This document shows positions 34,579-44,860 of a stretch of 64,000 nucleotides of DNA, piece by piece. The notes under the pieces are model-generated. The model was not told the DNA's origin. It saw nothing but the letters and a program-made list of their open reading frames with translations, and did no database searches. Source of the DNA: Candidatus Peregrinibacteria bacterium GW2011_GWF2_39_17. Lineage in GTDB: Bacteria; Patescibacteriota; Gracilibacteria; UBA1369; UBA12473. The translations under genes were made by a program, and so were the position numbers. The DNA lies in the NCBI GenBank assembly GCA_000993615.1, contig LBWM01000003.1, positions 16,125 to 80,124 of the forward strand, given 5' to 3'. Numbering within the stretch: the first letter of the stretch is position 1; each line of letters opens with the position of its first letter.

Positions 34579-37500
34579 TTATTCCAATCCCCAACTCAGC
34601 CCAAACTTATACTCCGTAGCTGTAGTCCAACTCATTTTAGCTTCATTGAAATAAACATATCCATCACCATAGGGATCGTCATCTGATGTGCGTTTATAAC
34701 TGGCTTGTAATTCCCATACATTATTAACAAATTCATATAAATAGACCGTCATGGTTTGTTTTTGACTACCTTGACTTAATAATTTCACCTTTAACCAATC
34801 GGTATCGTATGATGTGTCAAAATCACCGTAAACCTCATTTGTACAATTATAATATACTTCAAAGGCATCAGTCATAAAATCTGAAAAATCACCACTCTCC
34901 TGTACAACTGGTTTTAGACAAGTTCCGCTATTGCTATCTTTTCCATTAACACTAACCACTACACTTTTAGTTACAAAGCCAGCGTAAGACCATAATTTTA
35001 AAGTGTAATTTTGAGTGCAAGGAGCACTGCTTGTTCCGCAAGAAGCAACAATATTATTTATGCTTTGAATAGTAGTACCAGGATAAGTCGAAAGCGTAAC
35101 ATTCCCACTCGCAACTTTTTTACTTTGATAATCGAACAATTCATAGCTAAAATTACTAAAAGAATTATAAGCTTGATAGGTGAAATTAAGACTATCCCCC
35201 TCATTAACGATAGGTTGATTAACAATAAAAAAAGCGATTTCTGTTTTACCAATCTCTAGTTTTTGCGCATCTGCACCCGCACATTTATTACTAATATTGC
35301 ACGCATCAACATGAAAAGTATAATACCCTTCTTTAGTTCCTTTTACGGTAATTCCCAAATCGTAAATCTGCCCGCTTCCATCCGAATCTTGAGTTATTAT
35401 TTTTTTGGTGAATGAGTCAGTTGAATTATTTGTATTCCAAACAAAACTTTCAACAGCACTGGTCGTATTGTATTTAAAATATTTCACAGTAAGAATAATA
35501 TAATCAATATTTGAATCATGATCAGTGATTATCGCTCCAAAAGAAACATCACTGCCAACCGTGCTACCAGCACTAGCATTACTTATACTTGGCGGATAGA
35601 TTTCAATTATGGGTGATGTAGTGTCATCCTCAACTTTAAAATTCAAAGTAACTTGAGAACTTGGCATATCCAATGAATTATAACCGATCATCACTGCTGA
35701 ATAATCACCGGCAGTTGAAAGAGTAAACGAATCAGTTGTAAAATCTTCTTGATCTTCTTTTGGCGTATTTGGATCGTGATAATAATTTTTATTATCCATT
35801 ACGGTCGCGCCTTTGAAAATTTTTATTTCACAACCAGAAGCCTTTGATTCTAAATCTTTAACCTTACATTGAAATTTAACTTTGCTGTTTACAGAAATAG
35901 TCGCTGTATCAATATCAGTAGTATTATCAATAATTTCATTATTATCAGCTTTTAGGATTGAGGCAATAACCATGGGTGAAGTGGAATCAATTCCGAAAGT
36001 ATAAATTTTTGTAGTTTCTGATCCTAACCAATCAGTAACAGTTACATCCATGGTATAAGATCCCTTCATTTTAAAATCATTGGTAGTTAGCACAAAGTCA
36101 ACACTTTGTTCAGGTTTACCGATATTTGGATAAGAAGACACGTTAAAACTTTGTTCTTTATTGACAATTTTAGAGTCAGGGTTGCCGGAATTTGCTTTGA
36201 TTTTAAACGCTATTTTTTTAATGGCGATATCATCTATAGCTTGAATATGAATAGGAACCTGCCCATTAAGCTCATAATAATTAAGATATAGATCATTACT
36301 ATTTGAATCAAAATTTTGATTATCAAGGGTGATAGAACCCAAAGATGGCTTTTTGGTATCTTTAAACGGTTCATAAGTAGTGGGATCGGATACGAACGAA
36401 ATTATTTCCCCGCAATCAGGATCCCCAGCATAATTAAAATAATAATAAGCATTTACCTTTCCAGGAGGAGCAGGGAATGAAGTTGTAGTTCCATCATAAT
36501 CTGAAATATAAAAACGAACACGACAAACGATACTTGAAAAATGAGAGTTATCATCATAACTGCTTATACAAGCAAGTGGCTTGCTCGTACTGGTAATTAA
36601 ATCAGTTGAATGATCAAGAACGTATGGCAGATCAATTACCAAACCATAAATACCATTATAATAAATGGACTTAGTCCCATCAGCGAAGACGGTGTTTGCC
36701 CCCGGATTAACAATAATTTCAGAGAAAGCCTCTCGCAAAGCAACATCACTCCCAATATTATCAATTTTTATCTCAAATTCACCGAATTCACTTCCCGCTT
36801 TATCATCAGCACTATTACCAATAAATAGAACTTGGGGAGCTTTTAAGTCCATTCCATCTAAATTACCCGTGTTTAATATTTTATCATCCGTTTCAGCCAT
36901 GGTGTCACCATAAATATCGTATACCTTGGCCTTAAGCGTTATTAGCCCATTGGCTATTTGGACTTCGTTGATAGGAACATTAGTCCAAGAGGTTGTGTAT
37001 GCAGTATAAGCATCACCAGGGAGAGTAACTTCATGTATAGGAGCTTCTTTGATCTTTGCTCCATCAACATACAAAACAATTTGATAAAGATCGTTGTCTT
37101 TTTTAACTTGATCTGAAATGTCTACCGTAGCAGTAAAAGTATTTGGATTTTCATCCCAATCTTCATTAACGTGTGTGCCATTAGAATCAAAATCGATTTT
37201 AACAAATTTAGCCTCGCTGTTCATACCACTCACTGCATCAAAAGAATCGCTGTTCACACCAACCGCATCAAAAGCGGTGCGAACAGCTTTATATTCTGGA
37301 GAATCTTCACCGTATTTCTCACGAGTATATTTAACAATTACTCCACGGGTTTTGCGATAATTATTCGCCTCAGTCATAGAAAACATACCATTCCAGGCAA
37401 TATCAGCTACTTTATTTACTCCGATTCCAGTCAATGATTGAATTAAATATTTACTGCCATTTTCAGGACAATTATTTGGATCAGAAGCACAACTTACTCC

Positions 37501-38568
37501 GCCTTCAGAAGCAAAATAAGCCCAGCGTAAAAGTGGTCCCATCCCTTGATAAATGGTTTTCCAATCTTTTAAATCTCCATTTTGATCAAAACAATCTTCA
37601 TAATAATTACAGTAACCTGTTTTTTCAGGATTTTGAGTGCTATTTTCAGGATTTTGAAGATCAATCGCTGATTTTCCTTTTGTACTGATTTCACTACCTA
37701 CTTCCCAAGGACATATTTGTCCTGAAGCGCTAATTTGTGATCCCTTGCCATTTTTCATCCAACAATCGCCAAAACTAGCTAAAAGGTCTGCATAAGCTTC
37801 TCTCAAAGTATCATCTTCATCATGCTCATTATTATAATTATTAGCAATATCAGGGTTTACATCAATGAGATAAAATTGTATTCCATGAACATATTCATGC
37901 AGAGTAATGAATGGGGAATGAGGAGAGGTATGAAATTTATCAGAATAAACATCATAATAAGTAAATTTATGATAAATATGATTAGATGATGGTGCCCCTG
38001 TTTCAGTATTATAAAAATTAGCATAATGAGTCGCAAGAGTTGAGGATTCCTCACCATTGACTTGCTCGCTAATGGGATCAGCATGAATATAGCTTGTAAT
38101 ATCGACATCATATCCTGAATTATTATCTAATCCAATATAGCCAAAAATCTTTTTAAAAAAATCCCAAGATAAGCGAAAATTATAATAAACATCAGCACCT
38201 TCTGTATTCCAATTTTGAGAACCATATATTGAGTTAGGATAAGGGACTCCTTTATAATCCTGCCCATCTCCAATAACATTGATAGAATTGCTGACACTGT
38301 ATGGGGAAGGTAAGTTAGCCGAAACAACCTCATGACCGCCATAATCTGAAGTATCTTTTAAATAATAAAAAGTTTTCTTATCGATTGTTCTTTTAGAAAT
38401 TTTAGCTGTCTGATTACCGCTATACTGGGTTTTTAAGGTACCATCGACATAAGTTGCAGAGCCGCTATTGCCAATATAAGCTGAAGCTTGAGGTGAAAAA
38501 TTTGTAATGAGCACAAGAGCTATTAGACAAAGGGAAGGAAGGTAATATTTTAAGTTAGAAAGATGCAT
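34579..38568 (-). CDS. Secreted M4 (thermolysin-like) metallopeptidase with a beta-rich/Ig-like C-terminal array
   Basis: Signal peptide, HEYVHG, TLREAYAD, AFDAVGV, repeated DxxxP-type Ig-like boundaries. Confidence 0.8.
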   Translation of the reverse strand: MHLSNLKYYLPSLCLIALVLITNFSPQASAYIGNSGSATYVDGTLKTQYSGNQTAKISKRTIDKKTFYYLKDTSDYGGHEVVSANLPSPYSVSNSINVIGDGQDYKGVPYPNSIYGSQNWNTEGADVYYNFRLSWDFFKKIFGYIGLDNNSGYDVDITSYIHADPISEQVNGEESSTLATHYANFYNTETGAPSSNHIYHKFTYYDVYSDKFHTSPHSPFITLHEYVHGIQFYLIDVNPDIANNYNNEHDEDDTLREAYADLLASFGDCWMKNGKGSQISASGQICPWEVGSEISTKGKSAIDLQNPENSTQNPEKTGYCNYYEDCFDQNGDLKDWKTIYQGMGPLLRWAYFASEGGVSCASDPNNCPENGSKYLIQSLTGIGVNKVADIAWNGMFSMTEANNYRKTRGVIVKYTREKYGEDSPEYKAVRTAFDAVGVNSDSFDAVSGMNSEAKFVKIDFDSNGTHVNEDWDENPNTFTATVDISDQVKKDNDLYQIVLYVDGAKIKEAPIHEVTLPGDAYTAYTTSWTNVPINEVQIANGLITLKAKVYDIYGDTMAETDDKILNTGNLDGMDLKAPQVLFIGNSADDKAGSEFGEFEIKIDNIGSDVALREAFSEIIVNPGANTVFADGTKSIYYNGIYGLVIDLPYVLDHSTDLITSTSKPLACISSYDDNSHFSSIVCRVRFYISDYDGTTTSFPAPPGKVNAYYYFNYAGDPDCGEIISFVSDPTTYEPFKDTKKPSLGSITLDNQNFDSNSNDLYLNYYELNGQVPIHIQAIDDIAIKKIAFKIKANSGNPDSKIVNKEQSFNVSSYPNIGKPEQSVDFVLTTNDFKMKGSYTMDVTVTDWLGSETTKIYTFGIDSTSPMVIASILKADNNEIIDNTTDIDTATISVNSKVKFQCKVKDLESKASGCEIKIFKGATVMDNKNYYHDPNTPKEDQEDFTTDSFTLSTAGDYSAVMIGYNSLDMPSSQVTLNFKVEDDTTSPIIEIYPPSISNASAGSTVGSDVSFGAIITDHDSNIDYIILTVKYFKYNTTSAVESFVWNTNNSTDSFTKKIITQDSDGSGQIYDLGITVKGTKEGYYTFHVDACNISNKCAGADAQKLEIGKTEIAFFIVNQPIVNEGDSLNFTYQAYNSFSNFSYELFDYQSKKVASGNVTLSTYPGTTIQSINNIVASCGTSSAPCTQNYTLKLWSYAGFVTKSVVVSVNGKDSNSGTCLKPVVQESGDFSDFMTDAFEVYYNCTNEVYGDFDTSYDTDWLKVKLLSQGSQKQTMTVYLYEFVNNVWELQASYKRTSDDDPYGDGYVYFNEAKMSWTTATEYKFGLSWGLE

Positions 38569-38808
38569 TGAAAATTATTAGGGATATTAAAATAATAAAT
38601 TTACTCGACGAAAATATTTCCAGGAAAATGGGGCAAAAACGCTATTATAGAAAGGTTTTTATATTAAATAAATTACCATCTTTGTCAATAGATAGCCTTG
38701 TCGTATTTTGTTTATTTTGACCTATTTTATCTTAAAAAGTTTCGTAAACTCCTTTCTAAAAAGGATATAAAGTGGTAAAATATATATTTAGAAAATCTAT
38801 TTTTCGCT

Positions 38809-40230
38809 ATGAAACGAAAAACAAAAATTGTGTGCACCCTAGGCCCTTCGACTGATAGCGTTACAGAGATAGAGCGTCTCCTAGAAGCAGGAATGAATGT
38901 CGCCCGCCTTAATTTTTCGCATGGATCCTACGAATACATGGAAAAAATTCTAAAAAACCTCAAGGAGGCTTGCTTAAAAACAGGAAAAAGCGTGGCAATT
39001 TTGCAAGATTTACAAGGCCCTAAAATCAGACTGGGGAAATTACCCGAAAAAGGCATTCCTGTTAAAAGAGGGGAAATCATTATCCTTAGTACAGATGGAA
39101 AATCATTTAATCCCCTAGCAGGAAAAATGATCCCGGTGCAATATCGCTCTCTGCACAAAGACGTCAAATCCAAAGATCTCATTTTGATTGATGACGGATA
39201 TATTGAGGTGCAGGTTCAAAAAATAGTCGAGCGGAAAATTTACTGTAAAGTTAAAACTTCCGGGGTTCTCAAAAGTCATAAGGGTGTAAACTGCCCCACA
39301 GCCTCAATTAAAGCCGCAAGTATAACCGCAAAGGATTTAGCTGACTTAAAATTTGGCCTTAAAAATGAAATTGATTATGTGGCTCTTTCCTTTGTTAGAA
39401 AAGCAGAAGATATTGAGAATTTAAGAAAAAAACTAATTGAAAACAATCATCAGCATGTCCAAATTATTGCCAAAATTGAACGACATGAAGCCGTAAAAAA
39501 TCTAAAAGAAATTGCCAAAGCCTCTGACGGGTTAATGGTGGCGCGCGGCGATTTAGGCATCGAAATTCCGGCGGAGCAAGTACCGATTGTCCAAAAAGAA
39601 ATCGTGCGAATTGGGCGAATATTGGGTAAACCAGTAATTATCGCCACCCAAATCTTGGAATCCATGATTCAAAACTCAAAAGCCACCCGAGCTGAAATTA
39701 GCGATGCAGCTACCGCAATTTTTGAACATGCCGATGCTTTTATGCTTTCCGGCGAAACTTCGACTGGTCGTTATCCTTTTAAAGCCGCGCAGACACTGGC
39801 CAAAGTAGCGCATGCGGTTGAAAAAGAAATCCAAAACCGTATCTACCTAACTCCTAACTATCTTTTCAATTCTTCGCTTTCCACCCAAGATGCCATCTGC
39901 TATAACGCGGTGATTTTAGCTGACAAAATAAAAGCCAGATTCATTGTGATACTGACTAAAACAGGTTACCCGGTTTGCCAAATCACGAAATATCGCCCCC
40001 ATACTCCAATCGTTGTTATTACGCCCCACGAATTAGTCAAAAGACAACTTCATCTGGTGTGGGGAATTGAGGATGTTTTGATTTCCGGAGAAAAAATCTC
40101 ATCAGAGGATGAGGCAGCGCGCTTGATTTCATCTTTACTTAAAAAGAAGAAATTAGCAAAAACTGACCAAAAAATTGTAATTGTAAATATAGGACAAAGG
40201 CATAATTTTATTACCACAGTTAAAATTTAA
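38809..40230 (+). CDS. pyk: Pyruvate kinase
   Basis: TKIVCTLGP, ARLNFSHG, DLQGPKIR, MVARGDLG, MLSGET. Confidence 0.97.
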   Translation: MKRKTKIVCTLGPSTDSVTEIERLLEAGMNVARLNFSHGSYEYMEKILKNLKEACLKTGKSVAILQDLQGPKIRLGKLPEKGIPVKRGEIIILSTDGKSFNPLAGKMIPVQYRSLHKDVKSKDLILIDDGYIEVQVQKIVERKIYCKVKTSGVLKSHKGVNCPTASIKAASITAKDLADLKFGLKNEIDYVALSFVRKAEDIENLRKKLIENNHQHVQIIAKIERHEAVKNLKEIAKASDGLMVARGDLGIEIPAEQVPIVQKEIVRIGRILGKPVIIATQILESMIQNSKATRAEISDAATAIFEHADAFMLSGETSTGRYPFKAAQTLAKVAHAVEKEIQNRIYLTPNYLFNSSLSTQDAICYNAVILADKIKARFIVILTKTGYPVCQITKYRPHTPIVVITPHELVKRQLHLVWGIEDVLISGEKISSEDEAARLISSLLKKKKLAKTDQKIVIVNIGQRHNFITTVKI

Positions 40231-40310
40231 CCTCGTTTCGTCTTAATTTTTCAAAAAATATTAGACCAGATAAGATTGTAACAACCAAGTGATAATTGTA
40301 TAATCCGGAC

Positions 40311-40790
40311 ATGCGTATTTTAGGTATTGATCCTGGCACCGCTACTACAGGATTTGGGATTATTGATTTTTGTAAAAACCAATATCAATTATGTGATTTT
40401 GGTCACATTTCAACTCCAAAAACCCTTCCCTTGGCACAAAGACTGACCCAAATTACTCAGGATTTAAAAATAATCTGTCAAAAATGGGAACCGGAGGTAT
40501 GCGCGGTGGAGGAAATTTTTTTTAGCAAAAATATCAAAACTGCAATCCAAGTTGCTCAGGCTCGCGGAGTTATTTTGCATACTCTTAATGAATCAGGGTA
40601 TCCGATTTTTGAGTATAATCCGGGTCAAATCAAAGTTGCAATCACCGGTGACGGAAAAGCCCCAAAATCGCAAATTCAAGGGATGGTGCTTCGCCTGCTT
40701 AATTTAAAGGAAATTCCAAAACCTGATGATGCAGCGGATGCCTTGGCTATTGCCCTCTGCCATGCCCATACGGCAAGATTTAAATTTTAA
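40311..40790 (+). CDS. ruvC: Holliday junction resolvase
   Basis: ILGIDPG, VEEIFF, PDDAADALAIA. Confidence 0.96.
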   Translation: MRILGIDPGTATTGFGIIDFCKNQYQLCDFGHISTPKTLPLAQRLTQITQDLKIICQKWEPEVCAVEEIFFSKNIKTAIQVAQARGVILHTLNESGYPIFEYNPGQIKVAITGDGKAPKSQIQGMVLRLLNLKEIPKPDDAADALAIALCHAHTARFKF

Positions 40791-40875
40791 ATTTCCCTTA
40801 AAAGATAAATTTCGTTTTTCCGTCATCTCTATTGTATAATTCCCTAAAAGATAAATTTAAAAAATTCCTCCCCCT

Positions 40876-42339
40876 ATGAAAGGTTTTATCATTACTTTAT
40901 TATCTTCAACCTTAATTCTAATTGGGTTGATGTCTGCCACGATAATGAGATCAACGACCTCAACCAATGTCTTAGGCTCCTCATCTACAACCCAACCCTT
41001 TGCATCGGCTCTACCCCTCACCAACACGGAAGATAGCACTTCAACTCAGCCTTCTTATCTTGAAGCAATTAAGAAAGGAGATATTTTTTTCAAAGAGAAT
41101 CATTTCACTTTGGCTACTAACGAGTATCAAAAAGCCTCAATGCTCGAACCAAATTTAGCAGAACCATTTTTCAAACTGGGAAAAGCCTATTTCGCTGATG
41201 AACATTACCAAGAAGCTCTTCAAAGCTTAACCAGCGCTACAAAAAATAATCCGACTGACATTGAGGCTCAAGTTTTATTGGGAAGAACTTTATTAAAATT
41301 AGGACAAATTGAAACTGCTTTTAAGTATTTCGAGCAAATAAATTCTACTACTCCAATTGTCATCTATTATCGAGCGATCATAAATGTTTATCAAAGTAAT
41401 TATGAACAAGCTCGCGCTTATTTCGAATCCTTAACTACTACTGCTAATCAAGATGCTGAAACGACTCGAAAAGCACAAATCTATCTTAATTCCATGGCGG
41501 AATACGCTTCAGCTCAAGATCCAAATCCTAATTATATCCGAACTTTAATGGCGCGAAGTTTTGAAGAAACAGCAGAACATGATCTAGCAAAATCGCTATT
41601 ATATGACGTCCTTAAGGAAGAACCGGATTATCGCGATGCGTGGAAATTATTAGGCTATGCTTATTTGCAAGAAAAGAGCTACACAGAAGCGCAGGAAGCC
41701 CTTTTTAAAGCTGTAACTCTGGACCCAACTAAAGCAGAAACTCGTTATCTTTTGGGCTTAAGTTATTTTGGTTTGCAAGATTTTAAATCCGCGGCGCAGC
41801 AATTTGAACTAGCCTTACAAAGCGGATTCCAACCAGTTACCGAAATTTATCCAAAGCTTGGGGAGGCAGACATAGCCCTTGGAGAATATTTAAAAGCAGC
41901 GGAAGTTTATGAGAAACTACTTTTGATAGATCAAAGTGATTTGAATTGGTTTGTTAAACCGGTTTGGCTTTATATTGAACCTTTATCTAATCCCAAAAAA
42001 GCCCTGGAATGGTCACAAAAAGCCTTAAGTTATTATCCTAATGCAGCCCTGAGTTATAATTTAGTTGGCTGGGCACAAATTGATAATGAGCAATGGGATG
42101 AAGCTGAGAAAAACCTTAATTATGCCATAATCTTGGACCCAAATTTAGCAGCGGCCTATCTTAACTATGCGTTTGTTTTTGAACATAAAAACGACAAAGA
42201 ACAAGCTAAGGAATACTTTAAACGCGCTTACACGCTAGACCCCAACGGCTCCATAGGCAATCTTGGCGCTTCAAACTACAACCGCCTGGTACAAGAAGAT
42301 ACCGAAATTTTTAAAGAAAATCCTCCTAGTAATTCCTAA
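40876..42339 (+). CDS. Membrane-anchored tetratricopeptide repeat protein
   Basis: N-terminal hydrophobic helix and multiple TPR motifs (LG..Y...A...DP). Confidence 0.9.
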   Translation: MKGFIITLLSSTLILIGLMSATIMRSTTSTNVLGSSSTTQPFASALPLTNTEDSTSTQPSYLEAIKKGDIFFKENHFTLATNEYQKASMLEPNLAEPFFKLGKAYFADEHYQEALQSLTSATKNNPTDIEAQVLLGRTLLKLGQIETAFKYFEQINSTTPIVIYYRAIINVYQSNYEQARAYFESLTTTANQDAETTRKAQIYLNSMAEYASAQDPNPNYIRTLMARSFEETAEHDLAKSLLYDVLKEEPDYRDAWKLLGYAYLQEKSYTEAQEALFKAVTLDPTKAETRYLLGLSYFGLQDFKSAAQQFELALQSGFQPVTEIYPKLGEADIALGEYLKAAEVYEKLLLIDQSDLNWFVKPVWLYIEPLSNPKKALEWSQKALSYYPNAALSYNLVGWAQIDNEQWDEAEKNLNYAIILDPNLAAAYLNYAFVFEHKNDKEQAKEYFKRAYTLDPNGSIGNLGASNYNRLVQEDTEIFKENPPSNS

Positions 42340-42348
42340 CCTTTTTCT

Positions 42349-43101
42349 ATGTTTTTTTTATTTCTTTTCATCCTCGGATTACTGCTAGGCAGCTTTCTTA
42401 GCGTCTTAATTTATCGTTTACACACCGGCGAAACAGGTATTATCCTTGGACGTTCTTTTTGCCCGCACTGCAACCATCGATTAAGTGCAAAAGACCTTGT
42501 TCCATTGATTAGTTATTTGATTCAGGGGGGGAAATGTCGCTATTGTAAAAAGAAAATCCCCTGGCATTATCCTGTGCTGGAACTTTCTACTGGTCTTGTT
42601 TTTGTAACCATGGCACTAAGTGGATTTCAGCCACTAACCCTTTTCCTTTTCTTTAGCCTAGTTCTGGTTTTTATTTTTTTCTATGATTTTCTTTATCTGG
42701 AAATTCCGGATGAAATCATGTTGCCAAGCATTTTTATTGCTCTGGTTTCCACCTTTTATCCTACTACTGTTTCTTTTACCAATGGTTTATTGGGAGCTGT
42801 GATTATTAGCGTATTTTTTTTACTACAAATTCTTATTTCCAAAGGACGATGGCTAGGTGGTGGAGATTTGCGTATCGGTGCTTTTATTGGTTTTATTTTG
42901 GGATGGAAACTAATTCTGGTCGCGCTTTTTATGGCTTACCTAATTGGCGCTATAATTAGTCTGACCTTGATTGCAACCAGGAGACTTAATCGTAAAAGCA
43001 TGATTGCTTTTGGGCCTTTTCTGGTTTTGGGAACATTTATTGCTCTATTTTGGGGAGAAACAATGATTAATTGGTATCTGAATTTAATTTTTATTTATTA
43101 A
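42349..43101 (+). CDS. pilD: Type IV prepilin peptidase
   Basis: RSFCPHC, GKCRYC, D..Y.EIPD, GGGD, FGPFL. Confidence 0.93.
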   Translation: MFFLFLFILGLLLGSFLSVLIYRLHTGETGIILGRSFCPHCNHRLSAKDLVPLISYLIQGGKCRYCKKKIPWHYPVLELSTGLVFVTMALSGFQPLTLFLFFSLVLVFIFFYDFLYLEIPDEIMLPSIFIALVSTFYPTTVSFTNGLLGAVIISVFFLLQILISKGRWLGGGDLRIGAFIGFILGWKLILVALFMAYLIGAIISLTLIATRRLNRKSMIAFGPFLVLGTFIALFWGETMINWYLNLIFIY

Positions 43102-43153
43102 GTTTTTGATAAAAAAAGTCACTACTAATTGCTTAGTAATGAAAAATCTGACT

Positions 43154-44767
43154 ATGAAATCTAAAAATACACGCACCCTACTTATTATCATGGATGGCTT
43201 TGGGAAGGGAAAATCTGGGACTGGTAATGCTATTGAATTAGCCAAAATGCAATATTGGCAACGCTTACTTAAGCGTTATCCAAGTTGCCTTTTAAAGGCT
43301 TCAGGAAATGCCGTTGGCTTGCCAAAAGGTTATCAAGGCAATTCGGAAGTTGGCCATTTTACGATTGGCGCAGGGCGCATTACTTGGCAATCACTTGAGG
43401 AGATTGACCGCTCCATTAAAAATAAAAGTTTTTTCCAAAAAAAAATGTTTATCAAGGCCTGCCAGCGAGTTAGAATCGCGAATCAAAAAGGTGAAAAAAG
43501 AGCCTTACACCTTCTTGGCATGATTTCTGATGAAGGGGTGCATGCGCATCTGAATCACCTTTTTGCCTTGATAGAATTAGCAAAAAAGGAAAAAGCTTTC
43601 CCGATTTATATTCACGCAATTTTAGATGGAAGGGATGTTCCGGAAAGAAGCGCACCCATTTATCTTCAAAAAATTCAAAACAAAATTAAGCAACTTGAGC
43701 TTGAGGAGGCTTGTGCCTATAAAGGGCATCCCCAAAAAGCACAAATTGGCACTATAATCGGGCGTTATTATGCTATGGATCGAGACACAAACTGGGATCG
43801 AACCCAAGTAGCCTATGATTTAATGGTTCACGGCAAAGGTATTATGGGAAAAAACCCGCTTTCTGCCATAAAAAATGCCTATAAAAACGGGGCAAAAACT
43901 GATTATTATGTGGAACCGATTATTTTAAATAGCTCGGGATTAATCAAAAAACAGGATTCTGTAATTTTCTTTAATTATCGAACTGACCGTGCCCAGCAAC
44001 TAACGGATGCATTTGTGAACAAAAAATTTGATCATTTTAAAACCAATCATCAGCCGATTTATTTTGCAGCCATGGGGCCTTATACTACCCTCGCACCAGT
44101 AGCCTTTCCTACTCCGATTATTAAAAAAAATCTTGGTGAAATTTTAGCGCAAAATCAGGTAACACAAATAAGAATGGCCGAAACTGAAAAATACGCTCAC
44201 GTTACTTTCTTTTTTAATAGCCAGAAACATGACTCAAATCCGCTAGAAAAACGCCTCATGGTTCATTCTCCAAAATGTCCTTCTTATGCTGAAAAACCGG
44301 AAATGAGCGCGCGGGAGCTAACTGCTAAAGCGATTTTAGAACTTAAGCGTAAAAAATATGGCTTTGCGGCTCTTAATTATGCGAATGCGGATTTAGTGGG
44401 GCACTCCGGAAATTTAAAGGCAGCTATTCAATGTTGTAAAGTGCTAGATGAATGTTTGGCTAAAATTGTTCCTGCAGCTTTAGAAAGTGGGTATGCGATT
44501 TTACTAGTTTCTGATCATGGCAACGTGGAACAAATGAAATACCCAGATGGCAGTCCTTGCCCATCCCACACCACTAATCCGGTTTTGGCTGTACTAATTT
44601 CAAGGGATGCTTCGTCATATAAACTAAAAAAGGGAGGTGGATTGCAGGATATTGCTCCAACAATTTTACAGTTACTAGGTATTTCGAAGCCAAAAGTAAT
44701 GACTGGAGAAAGTTTATTGAAAATGATTCCCTCCCACCCGGGGGGCCACCGTCCAACCTTAGCCTAG
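43154..44767 (+). CDS. gpmI: 2,3-BPG-independent phosphoglycerate mutase
   Basis: IMDGFG, GNSEVGH, GRYYAMDRD, AETEKYAHVTFF, SDHGN. Start uncertain. Confidence 0.95.
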   Translation: MKSKNTRTLLIIMDGFGKGKSGTGNAIELAKMQYWQRLLKRYPSCLLKASGNAVGLPKGYQGNSEVGHFTIGAGRITWQSLEEIDRSIKNKSFFQKKMFIKACQRVRIANQKGEKRALHLLGMISDEGVHAHLNHLFALIELAKKEKAFPIYIHAILDGRDVPERSAPIYLQKIQNKIKQLELEEACAYKGHPQKAQIGTIIGRYYAMDRDTNWDRTQVAYDLMVHGKGIMGKNPLSAIKNAYKNGAKTDYYVEPIILNSSGLIKKQDSVIFFNYRTDRAQQLTDAFVNKKFDHFKTNHQPIYFAAMGPYTTLAPVAFPTPIIKKNLGEILAQNQVTQIRMAETEKYAHVTFFFNSQKHDSNPLEKRLMVHSPKCPSYAEKPEMSARELTAKAILELKRKKYGFAALNYANADLVGHSGNLKAAIQCCKVLDECLAKIVPAALESGYAILLVSDHGNVEQMKYPDGSPCPSHTTNPVLAVLISRDASSYKLKKGGGLQDIAPTILQLLGISKPKVMTGESLLKMIPSHPGGHRPTLA

Positions 44768-44860
44768 CATATTTGACATGAAAAAAATCTTTCGGAAAAA
44801 TTAAAAATTATTAAAAATAAAAATTCTAATTGCAGTGATCCTAATTTTAATTCTATCCCC

